DNA of 64,000 nucleotides from Microcaecilia unicolor. Its lineage: Eukaryota. Position 1 is the first letter of the stretch, and every line of letters begins with the position of its first letter. A model generated the notes under the pieces. The model saw nothing but the letters and a program-made list of their open reading frames with translations, made no database searches and was not told the origin of the DNA. Below, in pieces: positions 34,417 to 46,150 of this stretch. A program made the translations under genes and the position numbers. The stretch is taken from contig NC_044037.1 of the NCBI RefSeq assembly GCF_901765095.1, forward strand, positions 104,359,279-104,423,278. The letters run 5' to 3'.

Positions 34417-35639
34417 CTGTGTGAAGAAAAAAAATCAGGTCTCGCTGCAATCAAACAAGAAACCGGGAACAGGGCCCACATCTGCTCTTTGCGTAAAACG
34501 GGGTGAATCAGCTAAAGTTAGGATAATGTGTAAGAGTGCAAACGCCCAGGAGCCAGTCTGCTTGTACAGATTTGAAACGGCACATCTTTTGCCAGGCACT
34601 CATTTCCTGCAACTTCTGCACTGAAAAATAAATATATATAACAAAACAATCTCACAAAAACTGTATTTAAAAAAAAAAATCCTCAGCTGGGCCTCCAATA
34701 GGTACAATTTACAAATCAAGGCAAAATGTCCCACAGCACATTTCACAGAAGTTTGCCTTTTCACAGTTTGGAGGTAATATTCAGCCTGCGGTGGATGGTG
34801 GATTTTAAGCCACAGGCTACCAAAGGCTAAACTCAGCCCAGATACTCAATACCAGGCCATGTACCAGTCAATATTCAGAACGGTGCAGTTAGCTTGGCAG
34901 ATAAAGTTAGGGCAACCTTTATGCTGTCCTAATATTATCTGCTTACTTAACTAGTTAGCGGTCTGAATATTGCCACTAGGCTGATTAAGTACTTGCTCCG
35001 CCTAAGCAGTGCCCATAGACCACCCTGGCACTACCTGGACAGAGCCGAGGTGATCAGAGCCAAGGAGTCTTGACTGAGAACAGGAGATGGCATGCCATCA
35101 AAAAGCTGAAGCCACTTAGTTTAGTCTGTTTCCCCTTCCCTGCGCAGCCGTCATTCTGTGTACACTCAAAAAAAAGCAAACAAACCTATAAGCTGCAGTA
35201 TCCATGTTGTCATTCTTTATTTTTGGTAGTATTTTTATTTAATCTCGCTTATATTTTCAAACATGCCGGCTTGTGCAGCATACAGATGTGCACAGAGGAA
35301 GTACTGATTTGTTGTAAATTGTAATCAAGAGTGTCATTTGAAGGTGCTGGTTATAGGGACATCCTAGCATGTGTTATATTTGTGCAGAGATTTTTTTCTC
35401 CTGGTAAAGGGCCACTAAAACATAATCAGGTGCTCAACATTCAGAGTTTCTACCTATTTATTTATGACATTTATATCCCACATCAAACATGAATTAGACT
35501 GAAACCTGGGAGCATTTAAAGTCTTATTTTTCTCCTGTGCCTAGATCAAAAGAGAAAGATGGTTTATGGGAACTTGCTGCTTTTGTTTTGTGAAATGCAG
35601 TGGTATTTTATAAAAAGACACTTAATATTGTTTATTACT

Positions 35640-37110
35640 ATTTCAAAGACAGAAATTGAATAATGAGGCACAGCTACCTTCATACGTTTTGGATGTTACT
35701 GAATTCTATTATTCTGTCACACTGTATTTCCAGTTTTGGCACAGTGTAAGTCATCACAAGGACAAAATGTAAGAAAACCAATGGACTGCATTAGGGGCTT
35801 ACAGCCCATTTAATTATGTTTAAACAAATGAGAGATCTGCATGAAAGAAAATATCTATTTTTATTATTTTGACTTATGAAACCACTCGTCTCTGAAACAT
35901 GCTCAAAACACAATAATCCGTTTGTACAAAAGAGATAAGGTGAAGATGTGATTCTATGTGCTCCAATGAAAGGAGAGTTTAATTTTACTTCCAATCGTTA
36001 TAACACCAGGATGCTCATTTTCGAAACAGATGGACGTCCAAAAAGTGACATAAATCGGCACTTAGACGTCCATCTCTCAGAGACGTCCAAATCAGTATAA
36101 TCGAAACCTGATTTTGGACGTCTTTATCAGAAGTCCGTCAAAATCTCAAGGGGGTGTATCAGAGGCGTGGTGAAGGCGGGACTTGGGCGTTCCTAAGACT
36201 TGGATGTCTTTGAGCCATAATGGAAAAACGCAGAGATGTCCAAGAGTTGGACATTTTTACCCTGACCTGTTTTTATTACGAATAAGGCACAAAAAGGTGC
36301 CCAAAATGACCACTGGAGGGAATCAGGGATAACCTCCCCTTACTCCCCCAGTGGTCATTAACCCCCTCCCACTCTTAAAAAACATCATTAAAAATATTAC
36401 TTGCCAGTCTCAGATGTCATACTCAGGTCCATGACAGCGCACACAGGTCCCTGGAGTAGTTTCGTAGTAGGTACAGTGCATGTCAGACAGTTGGACCCAG
36501 GCCCATCCCCCCTTACCTGTTACATTTGTGGAGGAAACAGCGAGCCCTCCAAACCCCACCAGAAACCCTCTGTACCCACACACAGGTGCCCCCCTTCACC
36601 CGTAAGGGCTATGATAGTGGTGTACAGTTGGAGGTAGTAGGTTTTGGGGGGCTCAGCACACAAGGTAAGGGAGCTGTGTACCTGGGAGCATTTTATGAAG
36701 TCCACTGCAGTGCCCCCCTGGGTGCCCGACTGCTGTCCTGGCATGTCAGGGGGACCAGTGTACTACAAATACTGGCTCCTCCCATGTACAAATGGCTTGA
36801 ATTTGGACGTTTTAGACTTGGACGTCTTTGGTTCCGAAAATCGCCGAAAATCAAAAATGTCCAAATCCAAGGACGTCCATGGTATTTTCAAAATGAAAGA
36901 TGGACGTCCATCTTTTTTCGAAAATGACCTTCTCCCCACTTCCGAATTTGGAGGCTTCCCAAAGTAGATTAAAACAACAGTTAAGATGAGCCCATCAGTA
37001 AACAGGATATCCTCACTGAAATTTGGCCATGTATTACTGTATTGTATAGAACAGTGTAGAAAAATGAGCACAAAAAAACAGCCTTTATTAGTGCTGTTTA
37101 CTTAAGAATA
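35640..37110 (-). repeat. Family X copy split by the nested DNA-transposon insertion (35640-36011 + 36967-37110)
   Basis: See 22490-22960. Continuity resumes exactly after the inserted element. Confidence 0.7.
36012..36966. mobile_element. Non-autonomous DNA transposon (~950 bp) with ~26-bp TIRs (ctcattttcgaaacagatggacgtcc / ggacgtccatcttttttcgaaaatgac) and many subterminal GGACGTC repeats, inserted inside another repeat
   Basis: The TIRs are visible. The host repeat (family X, 35640-37110) reads continuously across the insertion when compared with its paralog at 22490-22960. Confidence 0.7.
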
Positions 37111-37129
37111 TAAGAGTAGCCATACTGGG

Positions 37130-38390
37130 TCAGACAAATGGTCCATCTAGCCCAGTATCCTGTTTTCCAAACAGCAGCCAAGCCAAGTCACAAGTACCTG
37201 GCAGAAGCCCAATTAGTAGCAACATTCCATGCTACCAATCCTGGGGCAAGCAGCTGCTTCCCCATGTCTGTCTCAATAGCAGACTATGGATTTTTCCTCC
37301 AGGAATTTCTCCAAACCTTTTTTAAACCCAGATACACTAACCACTGTTACTACATCCTCCGGCAAAGAGTTCCAGAGCTTTTCTATTCGTTGAGTGAAAA
37401 AATATTTCCACCTATTTTTTTTTTTAAGTATTTCCATGTAACTTCCTCGAGCGTCCCCTAGTCTTTGTAATTTGGGAACGAGTAAAAAAAATCGATTTAC
37501 TTCTACTTGTTCTACACCACTCAGGATTTTGTAGACCTCAATCATATCTCCCCTCATCTGTCTCTTTTCCAAGCTGAAGAGCCCTAACTTCTTTAGCCTT
37601 TCCTCAAACAAGAGGAGTTCTATCCCCTTTATCATTTTGGTCGCTCTTCTTTGAATCTTTTCTAATTCCACTATTTCTTTTTTGAGATACGGCGACCAAA
37701 ACTGAAAATACTCAAGCTGCGGTCAAACCATGGAGCGATACAAAGGCATCATAGTATTTTGTCTTATTCACCATCCCTTTCCTAATAATTCTTAGCATCC
37801 TGATAGCTTTTTTGGCCACTGCCGCACACTGAGCAGAAGACTTCAGCGTATTATCTACAATGACATCTAGATCTTTTTCTTGAGTGCTGACCCCCAAAGT
37901 GAACCCTAGCATCAGGTAACTATGATTCAGATTATTCTTTCCAATGTGCATCACTTTGCATTTGTACACATTAAATTTCATCCGCTATTTGGATGCCCCA
38001 TCTTTCAATTTCCTAAGGTCTTCCTGCAATATTTCACAGTCTGCTCGTGTTTTAACAACCTTGAATACTTTTGTATCATCTGCAAATTTAATCACTTCAC
38101 TCGTCATTCCGATTTCCATGTCATTTATAAATATGTTAAATAGCACCGGTCCCAATATAGATCCCTGCGGCACTTCATTGTTCACCCTCCTCCATTGAGG
38201 GAAATTACAATTTAGTCCTACCCTCTGTTTTCTGTCCAATAACCAATTCCTAACCCACACCAGAACCTTGCCTCCTATCCCATGACTCTTTAATTTTCTT
38301 AGGAGTCTCTCATGAAGAACTTTATCAAAAGCTTTCTGAAAATCTAAATACATCAACCGGCTCACCTTTATCCACAATTCCACCAGCTAC
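37130..38390 (-). mobile_element. Diverged CR1-like LINE fragment (RT plus 3' UTR)
   Basis: ORFs 37273..37671, 37712..37981 and 37985..38383 carry RT motifs (FADDTKVF, VPQGSILGPVLF) and a CR1-type C-terminus. 37130-37210 matches the reverse complement of the CR1 3' UTR. Confidence 0.75.
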
Positions 38391-38489
38391 AATAATTTTT
38401 GAATGTGTTTTAGTGATATTCAGTTTTGATTTCATGATATTTATATCTACATATAGAAATCTTTCAAATAAATTAAGAAGCTGTCAAAT

Positions 38490-38870
38490 AAGTTAAAAAC
38501 AGAAGATAAAAAACAACAAAGCAGTGGAATCAAATGCATTTATTTGGAATAATACCCGACGTGGCCACGTTTCGCCCTCAGGCTGCGTCAGGGGTACAAA
38601 CTATCAAAAGTGTGTATATCATATACACTAGTAGTGAGATGAGAACAGTTATTCCAAAAATCTAGTTCCACTTTTCTGCTACTTCCCACTAAACTGATAT
38701 AACTGGAATAACTGTTCTCATCTCACTACTAGTGTATATGATATACTTATACACACTTTTGATAGTTTGTACCCCTGACGCAGCCTGAGGGCGAAACGTG
38801 GCCACGTCAGGTATTATTCCAAATAAAGGCATTTGATTCCACTGCTTTGTTGTTTTTTATCTACTGTTTT
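38490..38870. mobile_element. Foldback element with ~150-bp near-perfect inverted arms
   Basis: ggaataatacccgacgtggccacgtttcgccctcaggctgcgtcaggggtacaaactatcaaaagtgtgtatatcatatacactagtagtgagatgagaacagttattcc pairs with its reverse complement 38700-38820. The outer arms also pair (cagtggaatcaaatgc.../...gcatttgattccactg). Confidence 0.75.
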
Positions 38871-39289
38871 GTAAGCAGTTGTGTGCCTTTTTGTTTTTTT
38901 GGTTAAATAAGTTAAAAATAAATCTTTTGTCCTCCACCTTTTAAGGCACTGCCTATCCAACTGGAGCAACTTTTGACTTTTTACAGATGAATCACGCATA
39001 AGCAGTCCACTATAATATTTTACTATTGCTTTCAATAGCATTTGCTATTGTTTTGGGTGAACCAGTGACTACGCCTATTGACAGCAAGATCCGCATACTG
39101 GCTTCAACCCATACAATGGGCTAGATAGCCTCATACCGTTTCCTGTTCTCAATCTAACCTCCTTGATCAGAGCTGATGTTCAGCAGCACTGCCAGGTGAA
39201 GTGCCACAGAATATCGGTGGACAGGTGGTCTGTGTCCCGTCACTTAAGAAAACCCCGGGGACAGGGAAAAAGATGCAAACAGGGACTAG

Positions 39290-39800
39290 AACAGTGGCGT
39301 AGCCAAGGGTGGGCTTGGGTGGGCCCGGGCCCACCCACTTTGGGCTCAGGCCCACCCAGTAGCAGCACACCTATGATGGGGCTGGCAGAGATTCTCAAGC
39401 CCCACCAGCCAAAAACTCCCAACTCCCTCCTGCATACAGTACCTTATAAATAGCAGATCTTCGCCTGCAGCAAGCAGCGACTGATACATACTATTCGCAC
39501 CGGTCCCACAGCCTTCCCTCTGATATATTCCTGCCTATGCGGAAACAGGAAGTTGCATCAGAGGGAAGACTGTGGGGCCGGTGCGAACAGTATGTATCAG
39601 TCGCTGCTCGCTGCAGGCGAAGATCTGCTATTTACAAGGTATTCAGAGGAGGGGGATGTTTTTAAAGATCATATGGCATGCAGGCGAGAGAGGGAGAGAC
39701 CAAATCACATGTGGGACAGGGCGAAGTTCTTCTGCCCACCCATCTTGGGCCCAGGCCCATCCAAAATTGGGTGTCTGGCTACGCCCCTGGACTGGAAAAC
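39290..39800. mobile_element. Palindromic/foldback element centred near 39540
   Basis: ctgatacatactattcgcaccggtcccacagccttccctctgat pairs with atcagagggaagactgtggggccggtgcgaacagtatgtatcag. The outer pair is ggcgtagccaagggtgggcttgggtgggcccgggcccaccc / gggcccaggcccatccaaaattgggtgtctggctacgcc. Confidence 0.65.
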
Positions 39801-39999
39801 TAGAATTAGCTTCAGCCCCTGAGGGAGTGATATAAGAAAAGGACCTGGTAAACCGCAAGATCAATCCCTAGGAACAAGAGAAATCACCTACCCTCAAAAG
39901 ACCAGCCCCTTAGTTCCTCCAGTCAGAATAAGGGTTTAGAATTTCTGCCCAATCCTGTACTGGGGTGGAACTTAGAGGAGGAGTCTACTAGACTATAAC

Positions 40000-40270
40000 A
40001 GAATGAAAGTACGGTTGCCAGGTGGGCGGTTTTCCTACCCAATTGGGCGGTTTTCCGCGACCCGCTGCGGGAAATTTTTGTCCGCTGCGGGTCGTGGTTT
40101 TTTGGGCTATTTTGGGGGGTTTTGTGCTGGTTTTTGTGCGGTTTTTCAGGCCGCGGGGCTAATGACGTTTTGGACGGGGTTTGATGACGGCGGAGGCGGG
40201 GTTGATGACGGTGGGGGCGGGGGTGTGAACTTTTTGGGCGGGTTTTGGGGACGGGTAATTGGCAAAACTG
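40000..40270 (+). other. G/T-skewed, CpG-containing block with repeated GGGCGG / GCGGG motifs. It has G-quadruplex potential and lies within an MVP intron
   Basis: gggcggttttcc...ccgctgcggg...gacggcggaggcggggttgatgacggtgggggcgggggtg shows strong GT strand skew. Confidence 0.5.
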
Positions 40271-41141
40271 AATGAAAGTTGAAACAGAGCTCAGTCTTTG
40301 TGGGAAGGCTGAATGGAAAGTTGCTGGGCCAGAAGCTGAGGACTACAATGCAAGCAAGGACATACTGAACTGCTATCGTTTGGCGATATTTATCTTTTGA
40401 AGCCTTGGAACCTTGCCTGCGGGTGGATGTAGCTCAAAGGAAGAAGCTACGAGGGAGGAGGGCAGGCTCCAGTGAGAGGCCTGACTCTGGACATATAAGG
40501 GATATCTTTATAACTTTTTAAAAATTAAAATTTTGAAAGAAAACTGTTTTTTCAGTGGAACATAGTTGTGTTTTGGTTTGAATTCTGGCCCACACTGTGT
40601 TGGACATTGTTGAAGTGTGGAGTGGAACTAAGGAACTGAAAAATCGGTGACATCCAGCTCCCAGCTGGCAAGGACTGGATTCCACACTGGGGGAGGAGGT
40701 TGAGTTAAGACTTTGGAAGGGAATTTATGGGACAACCGCCCCATTCAAGGAGGGGTATAACTACTGTTGTTTGGAGGACAGAAATCTTGTACCCACAGAG
40801 GCCTGAGAGCATCAGAGAAGTCTTCAAGGTCACTTGGCCCACGCTCACGGATGGATGGCTTAGAGCTGTAAAGGTCTTCACAGTCATTCAGCCCACACTC
40901 ACGGGTGGGCAAGGCATGACACCAGGGTACCGCACACCATTTAATAGGGCAACAGCCTATCCTCCCAGTGAAATGGCTTTGAATATTGAGCCCTATATTT
41001 TCCTACCAGGAAACGAATGCCTCAAGGAAAAGATGTGGCATTTTGAAAAAGCAGTTCAGTTTTACAGTTTATTTGGGGTTTCCTTCTTTCACCGTAAGAA
41101 TCTCTACAAAACCTGGCTGGCTCCCCTACCACCAGTGTTAC

Positions 41142-41337
41142 CTGTTTCAGCTCCTCGCCTGGAAAGAGTGGGAAGGGGTCCTGTGCAAGCCGGACTTCCA
41201 GGTCACCGTGACGCAAGCGAGCCTGTCCTGCATTGTCAAGGAGCAGCCGCCGCTCTGCATCTCGGGCCACTGGATTCTCAATGATGCAATAGTGCCGCGG
41301 TGGAACCAGCACCATCTTCACTGGAGCAAACAACACC
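41142..41337 (-). CDS. MVP: MVP exon: (R)[65 protein letters not shown]
   Basis: Strong identity to human MVP [26 protein letters not shown]...[25 protein letters not shown]. Acceptor tttctgctcAG|G at 41339-41338, donor AAACAG|GTAACA at 41141. Phase matches the upstream exon (gag cg + g gtg = E R V). Confidence 0.85.
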
Positions 41338-41831
41338 CTGAGCAGAAAGAGGAAAAAGCAGTTCATTATGAGAAACAGAGGATATCTTATTTTTGTATGT
41401 GCTTTTTTTTAATGTGCACTGTGTTTCTTGTTGCTTGGTTTTATTAGCCTGAGGAACTGATCCTATCAAGCATTCTTTCTTCTGGACCCTTTACTGCACC
41501 AGAGACCTCAGTGCTAATGACTTAAAAAACCCACTGCTCATTTTAGCCTCACTTTCCTCTGAATTATGTTTTGGAGAAAGCCACAATAGAATCAGAAGAC
41601 AGTATCCTTTCAGTGTTACTGCTTCTCCCCTCGCTTTAATGTGAAAAGATTGTTGGGTCTCAGAGCTCCCATAGCACAGGCCTTCTTAGAGCTGGCGACA
41701 CACAAATACCCTGTCCTGGAAAGGAGGTCCTCAAGGACACTTCATAAGCAGGCTCCAGAGCCCCCCCCCCCCCCCCACACACACACAAACACACAGCACA
41801 TACCCCACAGTGACAACTGAGATTGCACTTA

Positions 41832-41981
41832 CCGCTCATTGTCCTGTCGGATGTAGGTCTTGGGCCCAGTTTCCACACGAGAGATGTTGTTGTTCTGGTC
41901 TAGCACATGGATGAAGTGGAAGGGGGGAATACGGATGATAGCTTCTTCACTCATTGTGAGGGCTATGGAGCTATGGAAGTC
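41832..41981 (-). CDS. MVP: Major vault protein, exon carrying the initiator ATG (CDS 41832..41953; 41954..41981 is 5'UTR after a ctctccAG acceptor). Encodes [40 protein letters not shown](R)
   Basis: Minus-strand translation aligns to the N-terminus of vertebrate MVP ([42 protein letters not shown]). GTAAGT donor at 41831-41826. The listed ORF is broken only by my miscount of a C6 run; the genomic frame is intact. Confidence 0.8.
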
Positions 41982-42289
41982 TCTGGAGAGAGAGAGGAAA
42001 TAAGTCAGAGAACCAGAGACACAGGCAAAAGGGAAAAAAGATGAATGATGGGAGGAGGAAATTTCCTCAATACTGAGAATATTCTGTAGTTCTTAAAAGA
42101 AAAGTTGTTCTTGCAGAATACACACTGGCCCCCAGCTCCTATGTTCAGGGCATGTTACAATCACATGCTATGAGTTTCTGTGAGTGCCTCCCATCTGTTC
42201 AGAAGCAGCATTGCCAACTGTCAACAAACGTGCTGACATTTAAACAAATGGCTATAAAATAATTTCATACCAATGTAAATTAGTCCCAA

Positions 42290-42620
42290 AAAAAAGCACA
42301 AAGGGCTGTCAAGAGTGGTACGTGTGCTTTATTGATAACCTGACAAGGGCCATGTTTCAGAGTCAGAAACGCCTGCCTCAGGGGTCACCTCAGACAACCG
42401 ACACTGACTGCATAAGCTGTGGCTCAAATCAACATAATGAAAATCCACTCTAAAGACAAAGCATCAAAATCTTGGTGCAGAAAAACCCGCTGTGTAAGTG
42501 CGTCAAAAATTAGACCATTTTTGGTGCGCTTACATGGCGTTTTTTTCCGGACCAAATGGATCCCTCAGGCAGGCGTTTCTGACGCTGAAACCCAGCCCAT
42601 GTCAGGTTATCAATAAAGCA
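42290..42620. repeat. Inverted repeat pair (~60-bp arms: gtgctttattgataacctgacaagggccatgtttcagagtcagaaacgcctgcctcagggg and its complement) with a 170-bp spacer
   Basis: The arms are 42323-42385 and 42555-42615. A third partial copy is at 42840-42875. Confidence 0.6.
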
Positions 42621-45600
42621 CCACCATGCTGCTTCCCAAAGCCAGGGCCTGAGTCCAAACGTTTGGATACCTTGGTGCTTTGTAGCTTTTACTATATGAG
42701 ACGTGGGGACCCCTGACGCAGGTGCTAGTCACCGAAACACGGCCCGTGTCGGGTCTTCTTGTCAAGGCTCATTCGTTAAAGAACTGTGTTCCATTTTTAA
42801 AGGCTGTTTTTTTTTGTTTGTACTTCGTTCCCTCTCTTTTGTTATATCCAGGTTATCAATAAAGCACACTTGTACCACTCTTGAAAGCACTTTGTGCTTT
42901 TTTTGGACTTCTTGTGTTGTGTAATCTGACCCTCTCCGTTGTATGTTGCTATACCAATGAAAAGGTCATGAACAATAGGACCTGCCTCTGGTACTGTGGA
43001 CTCAGGCCCTGGCTTTGGGAAGTAGCATGGGATTTAGGGATCTTCCATGCTTACAAGGACAAATTTTAACAAAAAAGGTGTGCACAAAATAGGGATAGCA
43101 AAACAGGATTCAGTAATACAATAAAAAGGTAAGTCTGGTTGTTTAACTACAATCTATCTGTAGAACTATATTTACATAAGCTGCCAAGCCCAGTAAGAGT
43201 TCTGGGAGTGGCAGCCACATCCCTCATAAAGAGACATCCTTTTAGAGAGAGATTACCACCACAAATAGGTCTCTCTCATTGAGGCCACCAGGTCTTTGAA
43301 ACCCACAGCGCTGAGGTAATATAAGTTTACCATCCCCTGGTACCACACTCATGCCAAGGCCTCACAGAGAAAATCCTGTATAGCAGCAAGATAAAGCCTT
43401 CAGCTACAGAATAAACATCACAGTGAAAGGAAAGTTGGAAGAGGCAGGCGAGGTAGTGACGGAAAGAGCGAGAAATGGGGGAGAGGAGGTCAGAAGCAAG
43501 GGAAGTGGATAGGGACTGGGAGGATTAGAAATGAGGAGGCAGACTACAGAAAGAAAGACGTTGGGAGGGCGTGGGCAAAGCCCTTCCACCTACAGGATTT
43601 GAGAATTGCACCTTGCACTGTCAGTACAGAGCGATATCAGTCAGGGCTTCAATAATGCTTCCTCTGCAAGTCTTTCCAAATCTTTACCCCTATCCAACTA
43701 GAAGTACTGGGCATTTGCTGAAATATCAGAGTTATGAGCACATGCATGTTTACCTGCATTACGAACACTGTCAGATTTGCTCTAACCTCCTTAGGGTGCT
43801 GAAGGCCTAAGGAGATACCCTTATCCTCAGTCACGAGCCCGTTCTAATGATACACAGCCTTCACCACAATGCCCTCTAGAACTCAATTCTATCACTTACC
43901 TGTGTTATGAAAAACAGCCTTCAGGCCCAGGATGCATTTGGGCACATTGAGAGCAGTATGCTCTAGTTTCATACTGCTTTTACAGCTCCCCGACGGCGAT
44001 TTCTACGTTTATAAACACGCACACATTCTCTTTCCACTTTCTAGGCGTCTTCCTCTTTCCTTTCACTGCTCCCTGCCTTGCCTCTGCCTGGTTTCCGAGA
44101 CAGGTTCAGGAGAAGCTCTCTTGACTACAATCCCTATACCTAGGGAGGCGGTATTGGCCTGATAACCACCACAGGCCAGGATTACTCAGACCTAGCTCTG
44201 CTCTGCTGCGGATCTCTACCAAAAGGAAGGCAGAATCCTTTATCCTGACTATAGTAGTCCCTGCCATCCCTCAGTAAAGAAAAAAAATTGCATGAGCTGG
44301 TAACTCAGTACCTCTACATCAACACATATCATGTAACCGAATACTGCTTAATGAAAAGCAGAACAGAACATTGGAGTTTTAGCTGGAATGTCAAATGAAA
44401 TTATTGTTGCCTTTTTGTGATTTTTAGACTTAATTTTAGAGATTGTTTAGCCACGACCTCTGTTGTCAATCCAACAAAACTGGGGATACTGCCCTGGACC
44501 AACCATCATCTGCTAGGTTGGCAAACACCCACCTTTTCTTTCTGCTACCCCTACTCCAGCTGCAGGCATCCCAATGATACACATGAACAGTGTTTGTGCC
44601 TAGAATTTGTTCATATGCTGGTAGCTCGAGTGGGCTGACCGCTGGAAAAACAGGGCAGTGCCCGAGGGCTCACAACAGTAGGGGGCTGACTCTCCCCTAA
44701 TTGCCATCAAATTTAATCATTTTGATAGGTAGTTAGGGGCCTAAATCAAAGTCTGCCTCTGGTGAGTAGATTGGTGTATTTTATAGTCCATGTGCATACT
44801 TGCAAACTCTGCCCATGATCCACCATTCCTGTAAACGCCTACTGGAACAATAAACATAATCCTGTCATGGTTTGTATTTTATAAGAGGAGAAACAAGCAC
44901 AGGATATCTACACTACCAGACAAACAACACAGCAGAGATGACAAAAATAGCTGGAAATGTTTTAATAATATTCATATGACTTGACATGGCCATATTTCAG
45001 CTTAAATGGCCTGCATCAGGAGTCTGATTTTATCACCACAGGAATATAAAATTCAATGAGGCTTGAGTGTGCTGAGGCTTAGAAACCTGTCAATCCTGTA
45101 TTGCCCCTGACTATATGTTGCCCCTTGTTACTTTGCCTTCTGGCAATTCAGCCTTTGGTAGAAAAGACTACCTGTGTCTTCATTTTTCTACCTGTAAGAA
45201 AGTAGTTTATAAATCTATATGTTCAGCTACGGTTTCATACCAAGATACTAAATGTTGGAATTCCTTCCCGAAAAATATAAGATTGTTTTTAGGTAAGTTT
45301 TTTTAAATCTTTCCTTTTCAAAAAATTTCTGTCAATTGATCCTGGTGCCAAATCTCCCCCTTCCATTCTCCCCATTATGCTTTATTACTGAATTCTTTCT
45401 ATATTTACAATTCTTTCCTTACTAAGATGTGCGGGTTTGTTTTTTGTTTCATATAGCTTGTTAGCTACATTGAACTCAAAATGTATGGGAAAATGTGGGG
45501 TATGTATACATAAATGAATGAGCTGGGTTGGCAACAAGCTTTGCTTACCTGACTACAGCAGAGATTGTCCTTCAGAGGCAATAGGGCATCATTAGGCATG

Positions 45601-45989
45601 AACGAGGGTGGAGGGGGGAGTCAGAAAGTAGATGTAGTAGTAGTGGCTCAACTGCCAGGAGAAAGGTCAGCAATACTCAAGTCTGGCAGGCCTGAGTTAC
45701 CAAGTGCTTGTTCAGTGTCCCCAGTGGGCTTTCTGCTCTGCGATCTGTATTATCAGAAGAAAAAAAAAATGCAACAGGAACACATACGAACTAAAGGACA
45801 GAAAAGAGATGTTCAAGCAGCCACGATGGAGGACTACCGGCCACTCCGACCAGGAGCCCAGCTACAGTTACTGAAAGAGCGCTTCTGAGTCAGCAGAAAC
45901 ACTGATAGAAGGCGCAGCAAGCTAAGACATATTCATGCCATGCTCCGTGCTGCAAGAACATACTACAGCACTTCTTCCACTTTGCTTCC

Positions 45990-46150
45990 CCATCCGTTCC
46001 GCCCATGGGTGGAGAGAGCTGCACGCGAGGCGATTGGCTCCTCCATCCGTTCCGTCCGTGGGTGGAGAGAGCGGCACGCGATTGGCCAATCTCCTCCTCC
46101 TCGCTACTGGGCTGGGACCGGTCGGTCGTTGTGCTTTTGCTTTCATAGTA
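45990..46150. promoter_or_regulatory. CpG-rich block with a tandemly duplicated ~45-bp unit carrying CCAAT / inverted CCAAT (ATTGG) boxes. It is a candidate TATA-less promoter, possibly the MVP non-coding exon 1
   Basis: ccatccgttccgcccatgggtggagagagctgcacgcgaggcgATTGGctcc is followed by ccatccgttccgtccgtgggtggagagagcggcacgcgATTGGCCAATct. CpG is dense here in an otherwise CpG-poor window. The block lies ~4 kb upstream of the ATG exon, which is preceded by an acceptor. Confidence 0.4.
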
